From Azolla caroliniana (taxonomy: Eukaryota; Plantae; Polypodiophyta): a DNA stretch of 64,000 nucleotides. The position numbers and the translations under genes were made by a program. This document shows, one piece after another, positions 37,887 through 50,575 of the stretch. The stretch is from the NCBI GenBank assembly GCA_043228905.1, contig JBHGNT010000016.1, forward strand, positions 2,666,001-2,730,000, in the 5' to 3' direction. Under the pieces are notes generated by a model. That model had not been told where the DNA came from. It was given only the letters and a program-made list of their open reading frames with translations, and did not search any database. Numbering within the stretch: the stretch's first letter is position 1; every line of letters begins with the position of its first letter.

Positions 37887-40800
37887 TGTTAAGAAAACGT
37901 GAAGAAGGCACTTGGGCTCTTCTTATGTGCGCGGCGGATCGTGGTGTGCTAGATCGTTTAGTGCTCAAACACAGAAGGGAAGGGGGAAGGAGACTTACCT
38001 CTGTAGCAGCCAAAACTTCTTCTATTTCATTATGCGCAGAGCTCTACTTGCTCTTGTTTGTTTCTCTCTCTTGCTCTCACTCTCTGAGTTCTTTCTCTCT
38101 ATACTCACTATCTCTCTCTCAGAATTCTACTTCCTGTATGTCTTCTTCTCATCTTACTCTCTTACTTTCTACCTAAGTAATAAGTTACTTACGTATACAG
38201 CTAATTAGCTGCCTGTAGCTAATTAGCTGTCAGTCGCTAAATAGCTGTCAGTAGCTAATTAGCTGTCAGTCGCTAAATAGCTGTCAGTAGCTAATTAGCT
38301 ATCAGTAGCTAATTAGCTGTTTCTCCTTTATGTTCACAAGTAGCTAAATAACTACTATAGCTTATTTCCCAATAAGCATCGCATACCATGTTGAGCTTGC
38401 TTCTCAACACTCCCCCTCAAGCTCAACTTATCCTTTCTTGGGGTTATCTACAACTTCTTTTTCATGATGCTTTTCAGCCATCATATCAATGTCTACAACT
38501 CCCATCATGTTCCGAAACTGTGTATGCTTTTCCACACTCAATCCCTTTGTGAGAATATCAGCAACCTGCTGATTTGTATTCACATACACCAGATCAACTT
38601 CTCCTTCAATCACTTTTTCTCTAACAAAGTGATAATGCACTTCAATGTGCTTTGTCCTTGCATGGAACACTGGGTTCTTTGCAAGCTGAATGCTGCTCAT
38701 GTTGTCACACCAGATTGTGACAGTACCGTCTATATACTCTCCCAAATCAGCAAGCAATCTTCTAATCCATGCCTCTTCACAAGTGGCTATGGCAGCTCCT
38801 CTGTACTCAGCTTCAGTACTAGACAATGCAACAGTAGCCTGTTTCTTGCTACTCCATGAAATACCTGCACTTCCCAATGTAAAGATATATCCACTTGTGG
38901 ATCTTCTATCTGTTTGGCTTCCAGCCCAATCAGCATCTGTATATCCTTCCAGATTTATGTCCAAATCAGCCCTGTAAAACAATCCATAGTTTTGAGTAGC
39001 TTTTACATACCTCAGAATTCTTCTAATGCAGTCCAAATGCGGCTTTGTTGGCTGTTGCATAAATTGGCTGACTAATCCAACTGCATAACTCAAATCAGGT
39101 CTTGTTATGGTCAAATAAATAAGGATGCCCACCATAGACCTGTACATGTTTACATCTTCTATTTTGGCTCCCAAATCAGCCCTCAATTTACAGTTTTTAT
39201 CTAGTGGTACTCCAATAGGTTTGCATCCAAGCATACCATACTTTTTCAACATAGTTGTTGCATATTGTCTTTGCAACACACATATACCACTTTCAGATCT
39301 GATGATTTCAATACCCAAAAAATATCTCATATCTCCCAAATCTTTCATATGAAATTTCATTTCCAAATTCCTTTTCAGCTTATCTCATCCATGAAATCAC
39401 CTCCAATGATGAGATCATCAACATAAATCAGAATCACAACCATACAATCATCTTTCCTTTTAACATACAATGATGAATCAGCCTTTGACATTTTGAAGTC
39501 AAGTTTTTTCAGATAATCTGAAAGTTCCCTGTGCCATGTTCTTGGTGCCTGTTTCAATCCATAGAGAGCCTTTTTCAGCTTACATACATAATCTGGATGC
39601 TTCCTATCTTCAAAACCTGGTGGTTGACACATATACACTTCTTCTTCCAAGTTACCATGTAAAAAGGCATTTTTTACATCCATATGATGAAGAAACCATC
39701 TTCTGGCTGCACCTACAGCCAGTAATGTCCTCAATGTTGCCATCTTTGCAACCGGTGCAAATGTCTCATCATAATCAATTCCTTGCATTTGAGCATATCC
39801 CTTTGCAACCAATCTTGCTTTATGTCTACTTACATTCCCACTGGAATCATGCTTTGTCTTGTAGACCCATTTGCAACCTACCACATTTTTTTCTTTTGGT
39901 AACTTCACCAAATCCCATGTTTTGTTTTCAGCCAATGCATCAATCTCTTCTTGCATTGCGTCCACCCATTTCTTCTCAGTTTTAGCCTCATCAAAACTAC
40001 TTGGATCAGGGATTTGTACCACCTTAGACATGTATGCATAATGCATAGCCATGTATGTATCATAACCAAATCTTTCAACAGTTTTTTTCTCTCTATCTGA
40101 TCTTCTCAGTTTCTGATTTGCATCCTTCAATGCTTTTTCCATACCAGGGATTTTCAATCCTCTTATACCAAGAAGATCATCCAATGACACATCTGAATCC
40201 TCATCTTCCATGTTTTTAGACAAGTCATCCAACATTTCATACTCTGGCATTTTCTGTTTTCCTTTTTTATCATCACATTTTTTGTGTCCTCCACTTTTTC
40301 CACTCCAAGAATTCGAATCAGATTTACCATCTGAGCTTTTTGATGGTCCAGAACATTCTGTTGATGTTGGACTTTGCTGTCCAACCTTGCTTCCATCTCT
40401 GTGGCAGTCTTCTACATTTTCAGATTTGTCTCTGTCTTCAATCTCATTGTCTTCATCAGTCTCTGGATTCTGTTTTGGACTATACCAGCTGGCTAACTCA
40501 TCAAAGATTACATCCCTACTTGTTACAATCTTCTTTGTTACAGGGTTATACCATCTATACCCTTTTTGTTCTTCTGAATAGCCAACAAAAATAAATTTTT
40601 CTGCCTTTGGATCCAGCTTACTTCTTACTTCTGCAGGCACATGTACATATGCAAGGCATCCAAACACTTTTAAGTGTTCTATACTAGGTTTCCTTCCATA
40701 GAAACACTCTTCAGGAGTTGCTTCATGTACTCCCGATGTTATACATCTATTTAGAATATAATTTGCTGTATTTACAGCTTCTGCCCAATAGTACAATGGC

Positions 40801-43417
40801 ATATTCTTCTCTGTCATCAAAGCCCTTGCAATGTTCACCAATGTTCTGTTTTTCCTCTCAGCAACTCCATTTTGCTGTGGAGTATATCTACATGTGAACT
40901 GTCTTCTTATTCCCTGATTGCATAGAAAATCAGAAAATTCATTGGAGAAATACTCTCCTCCTCCATCAGATCTTAAACATTTTATTCTTGTACCTGCCTG
41001 CTTTTCTACCATGCATTTAAACTTACGAAAACATTCAAACACTTCACTTTTCTCTTTCATGAAGTACACCCATGTTTTCCTTGAGCAATCATCAATAAAA
41101 GTTACATAAAATCTGCAGCCACCGATAGATGCATTCTTAGTTGGTCCCCATACATCCGTATGTACCAAGTCCAACAAATTTTTACTTACATGTCTTTCAT
41201 GAGGGAATGGCAACCTATTTTGCTTTCCATATTGACATGCTTCACATATCTTTCCCATTTCACAATTTTTCAGTTTTGGCAGTCCAGCCACTGCATCTTT
41301 TCTCAACATATTCTTTAGGGTTTGCATACTTATGTGGCCAATCCTTTTATGCCACATTTCCACATCTGAGACTACACTCATTCCATTTGCAAACATAGCT
41401 GAAATCTGTCTAGGCATGTCAACATCCAAAATAAACATTCTTCCTTGTCGTTTTCCTTTTGCAATGAGCTTCCCATTCTTTTCTATATAGCATCCACTTT
41501 GCTTAAACTTTACTTGCATACCTTGCTCTACTATCTGTCCAACAGAAATCAGATTCTTAGCAAGATTTGGAACATGCATTACATTCAACATATACTTAGT
41601 CTTTCCTTTTTCTTCCCACAATGGAATATCTCCAACATGTTCTATTTGGTGAGTACTATTATCACCCGTCTGTACATAGCCAGGAATCTCTGGTTCTCTC
41701 AACCTTTCAAACCAGTTTGCATGTCCAGTCATATGGTTAGATGCCCCCGAGTCTACATACCATGTAAACTCTTCATTACATTTCTGTGAGCTTTCAGCCA
41801 TTGCTGCTATCTCATGTTGTACCACAAATGCACCATCTTTTTCACAATCTTCACTAGTTTGGGCATAGTTATTCTGCTGTCTCTTTCCTCTTTGCTCATC
41901 ATTTTGCTTCTTGTAACATTCAGCCTGTGTGTGGCCTGGTTTTCCACAATACCAACAGCCATCATCATTTACATATGTTTGCTTACCTCTACCTTGGTTG
42001 CTCCCCCTGCCTCTATTGTTGTTTCTTCCTCTAATGGTTTGTTGTCCTCTTCCTTGATAACCATTATTGTTGGTTCTTGCTGAGACAAATCTTCCATGGC
42101 CTCTTCCTCGGCCTCTTCCAGCACTATTATATAGGGCTTGCCCCTCATTCTCAAGATTTCCTTTATTTACATCATCCATCTGATTCCTTTCTTCTACTAC
42201 AAGCATTGAAACCAGATTTGAGAAACTTGGGATACTATCCCTTGTAAGCATAGAGGTTTTAAAGCTTTTGTATTGGGGTCCCAAGCCTCTCAAGCATATT
42301 TCTACCTTATCATCATCTTCTATCTTTACATTGATAGAAGCAAGTGATTCACATATGCTCTTTATTTTTAAGGCATACTCATTTATTGACATCTTACCTT
42401 TTTCTAAGGTATTTAGCTCAGTCTTCAACTGTAGCTTTCTAGCTTTTGTGTTTACTGCAAACAGTTTTACCAAACTGTCCCAAGCTTCTTTTGGGAGCAT
42501 AGCATCCTGTATGTGCCCAAGCATCGAATCTGAGATGCTAAGTGAGAGCCAATGCATTACCTTCCTTGCCCCTTGATTCCAATCTTTGAATGCTTTAATC
42601 TGTGCTGCTGTGGCATTTTCTTCTGGGATCTCCGGAGCCTCTTCTAGGTCTCCTTCAATGTAATCCCAGTATCCTTTCCCCATTAGGAAATTTGTCATTC
42701 TAAATTTCCACGCCGGGAAATTGTTTTTATCTAGTTTCTTTGTAACTATTTGGCCCGCATTCTCTGCAGCCATTATCTCTTCCAAACTAGGGTTTCTGCT
42801 ACGATTACTTCAACAAGTAACTTTCTGATTCAGATCAGCAAACAGAGAAATACCTTTCTCAGATCTATGCACTTTTGTACTCTTCTTTATGAGCAACTCT
42901 GCTCTAATACCAGGTTAAGAAAACGTGAAGAAGGCACTTGGGCTCTTCTTATGTGCGCGGCGGATCGTGGTGTGCTAGATCGTTTAGTGCTCAAACACAG
43001 AAGGGAAGGGGGAAGGAGACTTACCTCTGTAGCAGCCAAAACTTCTTCTATTTCATTATGCGCAGAGCTCTACTTGCTCTTGTTTGTTTCTCTCTCTTGC
43101 TCTCACTCTCTGAGTTCTTTCTCTCTATACTCACTATCTCTCTCTCAGAGTTCTACTTCCTGTATGTCTTCTTCTCATCTTACTCTCTTACTTTCTACCT
43201 AAGTAATAAGTTACTTACGTATACAGCTAATTAGCTGCCTGTAGCTAATTAGCTGTCAGTCGCTAAATAGCTGTCAGTAGCTAATTAGCTGTCAGTCGCT
43301 AAATAGCTGTCAGTAGCTAATTAGCTGTTTCTCCTTTATGTTCACAAGTAGCTAAATAACTACTATAGCTTATTTCCCAATAAGCATCGCATACCATGTT
43401 GAGCTTGCTTCTCAACA
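37887..43417 (-). mobile_element. Ty1/Copia element 4, full length and very young, TSD CATTA
   Basis: LTRs 37887-38409 and 42913-43417 differ by ~2 substitutions and one 18-bp unit; PBS TGGTATTAGAGC; PPT TTGAGGGGGAG; TSD at 37882-37886 and 43418-43422. Confidence 0.97.
38428..42785 (-). pseudogene. Copia-4 gag-pol with a single frameshift near 39375
   Basis: 1136-aa plus 312-aa frames carrying all domains. Confidence 0.92.
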
Positions 43418-44007
43418 CATTATAGTATTCTAAATGATAAATGATAAATTCTTGCTGAATGAAATTAGGATTCTCCATGAAGACCAACTATTTGTCATGA
43501 ACTCATGAACTATGACTATGATTTAAATACGTATTATTATTATGGCTATCTCCCTTAATTTAGAATGTGCCCTCTATGTATATATATTACAAAAACTAAA
43601 ATAAAAATTGCAAGTAGCATTCATGAATTTTAAATTATTGACATTGATATGTTAGAATTTGTTAAGATTGATCTATTTTTTGAAATCATTGACAATTTTT
43701 GTCCATTTCAAAATCCTTAACACTAATGTATTGTGTAGAAACAATAGGATAGACTCAAGAATTCTTGAATTTAAAGACAAACATATGGTAATGTTTTGGC
43801 ATGTGTTTTGTATAGATGGTTAGTCGATCCAAGACCTTCATAGACTTTGATGCGGATTGGGGTGAAACAATACCCTATGAAGGGAGGTATGGCATGAATC
43901 ATTTCTCAACTTTATATTGTGTATAAATAGTGATGTTTGTGTGCTAACTTGAATGATGGTTTAGGGTTTTTGTAAGAAAGGGTGCTAGGTGCCCCAAATC
44001 CAACAAT

Positions 44008-45153
44008 ATGGATGCTGAAAACATCATTATTGAAGACTCGAACATGGATACGAACCCCATACATGACGTGGGGCCAGGTGTTGAAGATATCAATGTAAAT
44101 GGTGAGTTGATGTACATTCTTATAATCATTATTGAAGTAAGTATATATTGGGTTTTTCTAATGCAAATGTCACACCATTGTTGTAGTGGACCCCATGTCC
44201 CTCTTCAAGGCGGGAAGAGACTCAACAGGTATCAAATGTCGCACATGTATCGTTGGAGATTCATGTAGAAAAGAGGTATGATGGTTTCGCAAAAAAGTTG
44301 ACATGGAGGCTCACTTACAAAAGGCACATGGCATCCGTGTAGTACTGCCTCGAGGGCTAAAGATAGAAGAAGAAGAGCAGTCGACCTCCATGAGGAGTAC
44401 AACCACGTCATTCTTTAGCCACTACGAAAGACAACGATCAATAAAGCGTTTTTTGGATCCGGAGCTAAAGTACAACAGGTCACGCCAATCACACATGAGG
44501 AAGTTGAGGACAAGAGCGATTAAGATCTTCAAAGCCACTCCGAACGCACTTCAAACATCCAAGGAGGCCGATTTCATTGCCCAATTCGTCAGCCAACAGA
44601 AGGCCAAAGTGATAAGGGTGAAGACATACTCACTCGGGTCCCTGAACGGGAATATGTCTTCATTCCGATATTGCACTCACGGCATTGGGTGCTTTGGTTG
44701 AAGATGCGACAGACTCCTATAGGTCTCAATGCCAAGGTGAGGAGCCATATTATTTTTTGCGATCCACTAAATCATCATCCGACTGCCGACATGAAGACAT
44801 TGGGTGATTTGGTTGTACGACATATCTCTAGCGCCACACACGACCATTGCATCATCAACAACGAGCGGTTCTAGGTATTGCATTTCCCAACCCAACCTAA
44901 TGGGACGGATTGTGGGTATTACGTGATGCAAACCATTCGAATGTTGGTCGAGGAGTTCATTCAAGGATTTGAGTCTGATCAATTTGTAAGTATTTATGAG
45001 AATTGAATTTATGAGAATTGAATTTGGGCTTAGGTTGATGGCATCTTGTGGTGTAGGGTAAGGAGCAATGGTTTGGATTCGAAGATGTGCAACTCCTTCG
45101 GAAAATCATGGCAAAATGGACACGAAGGACTCTGGGCATAGGGTTATTTTAAT
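44008..45153 (+). pseudogene. MULE accessory gene: C2H2-like zinc finger + Ulp1/C48 cysteine protease (disrupted; boundaries approximate)
   Basis: IKCRTC...MEAHLQKAHG; VFIPILHSRHWVLW...IFCDPL...QPNGTDCGYYVM; GTAAG donor near 44986; stops and one frameshift. Confidence 0.75.
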
Positions 45154-45779
45154 CACTAGCATGTTGTACTTTGTAACATCAAACATATGATCTCGATTTA
45201 CTATCTCATGTGGATTGTTCTCATTTTTGTAATATCAAATCAATATTTGAATCTCATTTTGGTTGTAAATGACTCAATTTGATGTACATTCTGGTTGTGA
45301 GTCTTATTATTTGAATCTCATTTTGGTTGTATATGACTCAATTTGATGTACATTCTCATTTTTGTAATATCAAATCAATATTTGAATCTCATTTTGGTTG
45401 TAAATGACTCAATGTGGACTCTATCTGAAAATCATTTTGTAATATCTGGTAAATAGTTGAATCTCATTTTGAATCTCATTTTGAATCTCATTTTGGTTGT
45501 ATATTTGGTTGTATGTTTTGGGTGTCAAAAGAATAAAACTAATAGCTTATTGACAAGTAGTTACGGCAATGGTTTTTGAGAAAGGCCAAGAAAGAGTAAG
45601 TATATAGAAAGAGTGTTGTAATCAAAGAATGTTGTTGTAGAAAGAGTAAGTATATAGAAAGAGTGCTTCGGTCCTTGTTGTAAACAATACAAAAGACATA
45701 ACAAGACTCAATGTCAATCTTATTCAAAGACATAACAAGACTCGATGTCAATCTTCTTCAAAGACATAACAAGACTGAT

Positions 45780-46060
45780 TAGTGTGGAGCCTGATTGATT
45801 AGTGTGGAGCTCGACTCATTCATGTTCATTAAAAAAGGGAGCCCAACTTTGGTAAAAAGGGAGCCCGACTGATTAATATGGAGCCCGACTCATTCTTGTT
45901 CATTAAAAAAGGGAGCCCCACTCATTAAAAAGGGAGCCCGACTCTGGTAAAAAGGGAGCCCGACTCATTCATGTTCATTAAAAAAGGGAGCCCGACTCTG
46001 GTAAAAAGGGAGCCCGACTGATAATGTGGAGCCCGACTCATTAAAAAAGGGAGCCTGACA
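45780..46060 (+). repeat. Internal GGGAGCCCGACT array of the MULE
   Basis: About 12 copies of the subterminal motif. Confidence 0.9.
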
Positions 46061-46506
46061 CAGTAATAGGGAAGTGCCCAACTACGTGTAATGATGGCGT
46101 CTCAACAGTCATATTAACGACTACAGTAAATTAATTCACCAAATTCAGTAGCATGCACTAAGAGTCTTCCCATCATTCCCAATTAACCCATTCCCTTCCT
46201 TAATAGTCTATTAATCACTCCCACTCATATCATTCACTCTAATCTACTCCATTCATGTGAATTATTTGAATTCATTCACTTGAATTCATTTGATTTCATT
46301 CACTTTATTCACCTCAATCATTGGCATTCTTGATCATATTGTATTTGATTTCATTTGATCATATTGTAGGCCATTTGATTTCATTCACTCTCATTCTCGA
46401 TCATTAATCTACTCCATTCATGTGAATTATTTGAATTCATTCGCTTGAATTCATTTGATTTCATTCACCTCAATCATTGGCATTCTTGATCATATTGTAT
46501 TTGCTA

Positions 46507-48720
46507 TGGAGAGCACAATGCATCATGGTGTCTTCGCCATGTCGGAAGATGAATTGGAGGATACGTCATGGTCATCCAATGCATCCGAGGACGAATTGGA
46601 GGATCCTTTTGAGTCATCAGATTCCGATCGTGAGGATGAGGCGGACCATTTCAATATATGGACCTCATAGTGGTCATGTACCATGTAGTACGTCGGATGT
46701 GTACCATTTGCCAGTACACCCCAATGTCATAAGTTGTTGCAAAGATGACCTATTTGATGTTGGGTATGCAAGGCATGTGGCACGAATGAGCATGCGTAAG
46801 GAAGCATATCATAAGTCCAAGGCTAGTCCATTAGAGCTTGTTACCTATCGGTTCTTTATGATACCAAAGGAGGTCCATAACATGGCAAATAGGTTAAAAA
46901 TCGGGAGTGCCATGACTAAGGTTGATTGGGCTTTGATGATGCAAGATGCCTATGCACTCCGAGATCTTGGGAAAGTTGCTCATGTTCAACCCTACTTGAC
47001 TGGTGAACCAGGATCTCCCCCCATACAACCATTTATCTTGATACTTCAAGATCAATGGATGTTGGAAATGTGTGAGCGGTTGACCCTAAACAACTCTTGG
47101 GCAATCGACTCTACATTTAAAACAAACCAATTCGGGCTACCATTATATGCAGCAGTTGCCCCCAACGCCATGGGAATTGGGATCCCATTATGGTACATGC
47201 TTTGTAGTTCTGATAAGGGGTCAAACCATGAGCAAGTGGCATTAGAAACTTGTTTGAGAGTCATATTCGCAAGGATGCCCATGGTGAGGCCAAATGCGAT
47301 AGTGATCGATAAATGTTGGACATCATATAATGCCATAACTAATGTGGTTGCAACAGACCGTCAATCTTGGATTGTTGTAAATGGGCAACAGTCCCAAACA
47401 CATTGTCGACTTTTGTTGTGTCAGTTTCACGCCAAAAAGTCATGGGTGGAAAACTTGTTGCCAAAAGTAAGTGCAAATGAGAGAATCCATCTTTATCAAC
47501 GAATGTGCCAACTGATGCAATGCATTACTGAATCATCATTCAATGCAATGTGTGAGGAGTTAAAGTTAGAATATGTGGACAAGCCCGGTGTTTAGCAATA
47601 TATAGAAGGAGGATGGTGTGGCTTGACATGTTGGTGTGGCTTGACATGTGTGTGGAGGAAACTCTGGCCCAAGTTTGGTAGAATGTTCAACTATGGACAT
47701 GTTGACACTACCAATATTGTGGAAAGACATTGGCAGTTTATCAAGTATACTGCCTTGAGGGGAAGAATAAACCGATCAATTACCGACCTTCTGCATGTCT
47801 TAATCGGGGACAGTGAAACTGGCACTTGCATAGGAGGAACAGTAATAGAGTGGTACAAGCAACGACAAGAAATATGTGAGAGTGGTCGGTTTGCACCCCG
47901 TGCGAATTGTAGGGATCAAAGGTCCCGACTTAAAGAAGCGGAGAGAATATTGGAAAGGTATGTTGACAATACTTCCACAATTGAAATTGTCGACGAGGCC
48001 CGATATTGGTTTAGAATCTTGAGCATGACGACTCCCACTCTATGGTATAATGTCTCACTCCAATGCTCATATTGTGATTGCCAAGACATTGTGAGTAAAT
48101 GTAAGCATTTACTAGGTATCCGAAGGATTATTGAGAGGCATATGCCACATTTATGTGGCTCATTGCCTTTTATAGATCATGCAACCCAAATGCGAATGGA
48201 CCATAATACAGAAATAGAAGTGGAGGCAGAGGTAGAGCAAGTAGAGGAGACAAACCCCACAATATCCGAGATTGAATCATTCAAGTCCAAAATACAAACG
48301 GTCGTGAAAGCACTTCAATGTCTCGAGCAAGGGTTGGGAACCTTCGACCGTGCAACTATTGTCGAAGGTATACAAACATTGGAAGATGTGGCTGAGAAGG
48401 TGTATCGCGTTGGTGCACCAAAATCAACCAATGAAGAAGATGGTAGATCAATAAGTCGCAACCAACAAATCGGTGCCAAAAGAAGTGCAACAATAGACAT
48501 CTCGCAAGAACTTATTGGCAGCTCCCCAAACACTTCCAAATCCCACTCCGGAAAACTACAAAGAGGTGCTAGTCGGGCTAGGAGGAGATTGCCATTGGTT
48601 GACCATGAGAAGGTTCGGTGTTTGCATTGTGATGGCTTGACCTTGACTTCAAGGGACTCAAATGTTACATGCTGTAAAAATTGTGGTTGCATCTTGCAAT
48701 CATCCCGACATGAGCCATAA
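46507..48720 (+). pseudogene. MULE transposase with SWIM zinc finger
   Basis: WAIDSTFKTNQFGLPLY, IVIDK, LCQFH, TTNIVE, CDC..CKH (SWIM), C-terminal CxxC pair; stop at 47593 and N-terminal frameshift. Confidence 0.9.
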
Positions 48721-48904
48721 TCTTAATATGTAACGTGTATATTCATATTTCATTTTAGGGTTGTCAACATTTGACATTTTAATATTTTATGTAAGACTTG
48801 TTATTTGAATCTTTAGGTTTTGTTGAGAAATTTTATGATCAGTTTCATGGCAAATATTTGTTGTACACTTACAATTTTGTGGAGTTTTTTATGTTTGTTG
48901 CTAC

Positions 48905-49075
48905 AGAGTCGGGCTCCTTTTGTCAGAGTCGGGCTCCTTCTTACTGATGTGGTCTGACAACGGGGCTCCTTCTGACAGAGTCGGGCTCCCTCTTGTAGAG
49001 GCTGTCTGACAGCGGGGCTCCTTTTGACAGAGTCGGGCTCCCTTTCACAGAGTCGAGCTCCTTGTGACAGACGTT
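48905..49075 (-). repeat. MULE right subterminal array (GAGTCGGGCTCC)
   Basis: Reverse complement of the left and internal motif. Confidence 0.88.
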
Positions 49076-49200
49076 GTCAGCTTTTTATCCATCTTGGACG
49101 GTGGAGATCGAATGCGCCAACAACGGTGCGACCTGCACCGTCCCTCTCCGCGATTCCCTCACTTGCCCTCTTTAATATTTGGTAGCAGTTAGTCACGAGC

Positions 49201-49241
49201 ATGTATGTATGTATGTATGTATGTATGTATGTATGTGTATG
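49201..49241. repeat. (TATG)n microsatellite
   Basis: Direct reading. Confidence 0.9.
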
Positions 49242-49744
49242 TGCCCTAGAAGTATGTACTTCATCTTGACAAGAAAAAAATCCACTGGGCAACTCACTTT
49301 TTGGATTTGTTTTGACTTGTTGTAATTCTCAGTAAAATTTATCATGCCCCTCTATCTCTAGACATAACACATTCAACCCAACCACTCCGACAATGTGGTG
49401 TGGCCACTGTCCGCTTTCGCTTTTGGCAAAAATGGAGGAACACGCCGATGGTGACGCAAAGTGGAAACAATCTGAGGTGGGACTACCAACCACCCCCCCC
49501 CCCTAGCTGGTTGTTTCCTACTCAACCTCCCACCCTCTCTCCGTTGAAGGCCAGTGCCACTATGTTATAGTTCTAGATACCTACTTACATTAAGTAGTAA
49601 GTAAGAGAGGATTTGTACGCAATCTCATATTCTTGAACTCGAGCAAGGTGTGATTCCCTGATTTCTTGTATAATCTTTTTGTAAAAATCTTCTAGCTAAT
49701 GGGAAAGTCGCTCATTTTTTGAAAAAAAGAGAGCATTGAACCCA

Positions 49745-50575
49745 ATGAAGGAGGCATTAAGCAATCCATGGAAGATTGGAGAGGTCCTAAGTATTTACTT
49801 AAGCCGATGGTTACAATTTAGAAAAATGGGCTCTTTGGTACATCTTGTATCAGGATTCAGTATGTATAACCTTAGGGCAATTTCTTAACACTGATGCAAT
49901 ATCTTTTTTTTGGAAAAAAAAACAATCCACGAAATATTTTATCCTCATGTTCAATTTTCTAATAACATTTGATTAAGTTATGCAAAATATTTATATCCAT
50001 CATTCCTACCGCTAAGAATGAATAATTCATGGTAGATCTTATGTAATGTGTGAAAGGGGGTTCCTCCCAATTGATGTCAAGTAGATTAGCAACAATCTTA
50101 TTATTTGTTATGAGAAGTTATTTGTCTAGAGTATTCCTTTTATCCTCTTATGTTTCCCACCTTATCGTCCTTCATGGTGCATTTGACAATGTTGTCTATT
50201 TCGGGTCCTCTAGTTCCCATAATAGAATATGTTTACCCAACCATCCTTTTGCTAATTTGCCCTTCACCTCGTCATCTTGCCATCCTAACCACACACCCAC
50301 ATATATTCTCGCTTGCTCTTTCTATGGTCATGATAATCGTATAACGTTAAGCTTGATTGCCTTCGATATTGAAGTCTATGGTACAATTGTAGTATAAGAA
50401 ATGGTGGTTGTTGCATGAACTCCATGGAGTGCCATTCAAAGAAGGTGCAAACCACAAGGTGTCTATTTTCTCCTCGTTCAAGGCATATTCATGTTCAATT
50501 TGTTTATTTTTTGGAACCTTCACTTGAACTTGCACTATTGTTTGAGTTCAACTTCAAGTTTTGTGAGTAGTCTAG
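49745..50575. repeat. Unclassified dispersed repeat; partial copies at ~34350-34580, 52398-52497 and 53810-54165
   Basis: Shared strings such as GTGAAAGGGGGTTCCTCCCAATT, TGAAGGAGGCATTAAGCAATCCA and TTGTTTGAGTTCAACTTCAAGTTTTGTGAGTAG. Confidence 0.75.

Larger units (their letters stand above)
37089..49196 (+). mobile_element. Mutator-like element (MULE) with ~45-60-bp TIRs, transposase gene and Ulp1-protease gene
   Basis: TIR GTGWCTAACTRCTACCAAATATTAAAGAGGGCAAGTGAGGGAATCG at both ends in inverted orientation; GGGAGCCCG(A/T)CTC subterminal arrays; TSD not resolved. Confidence 0.9.

Noticed and set aside
37877-43234. Duplicated small ORFs (37877-38176, 42750-43202 and overlapping frames) as genes
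   Set aside because: They are antisense readings of the two Copia-4 LTRs.
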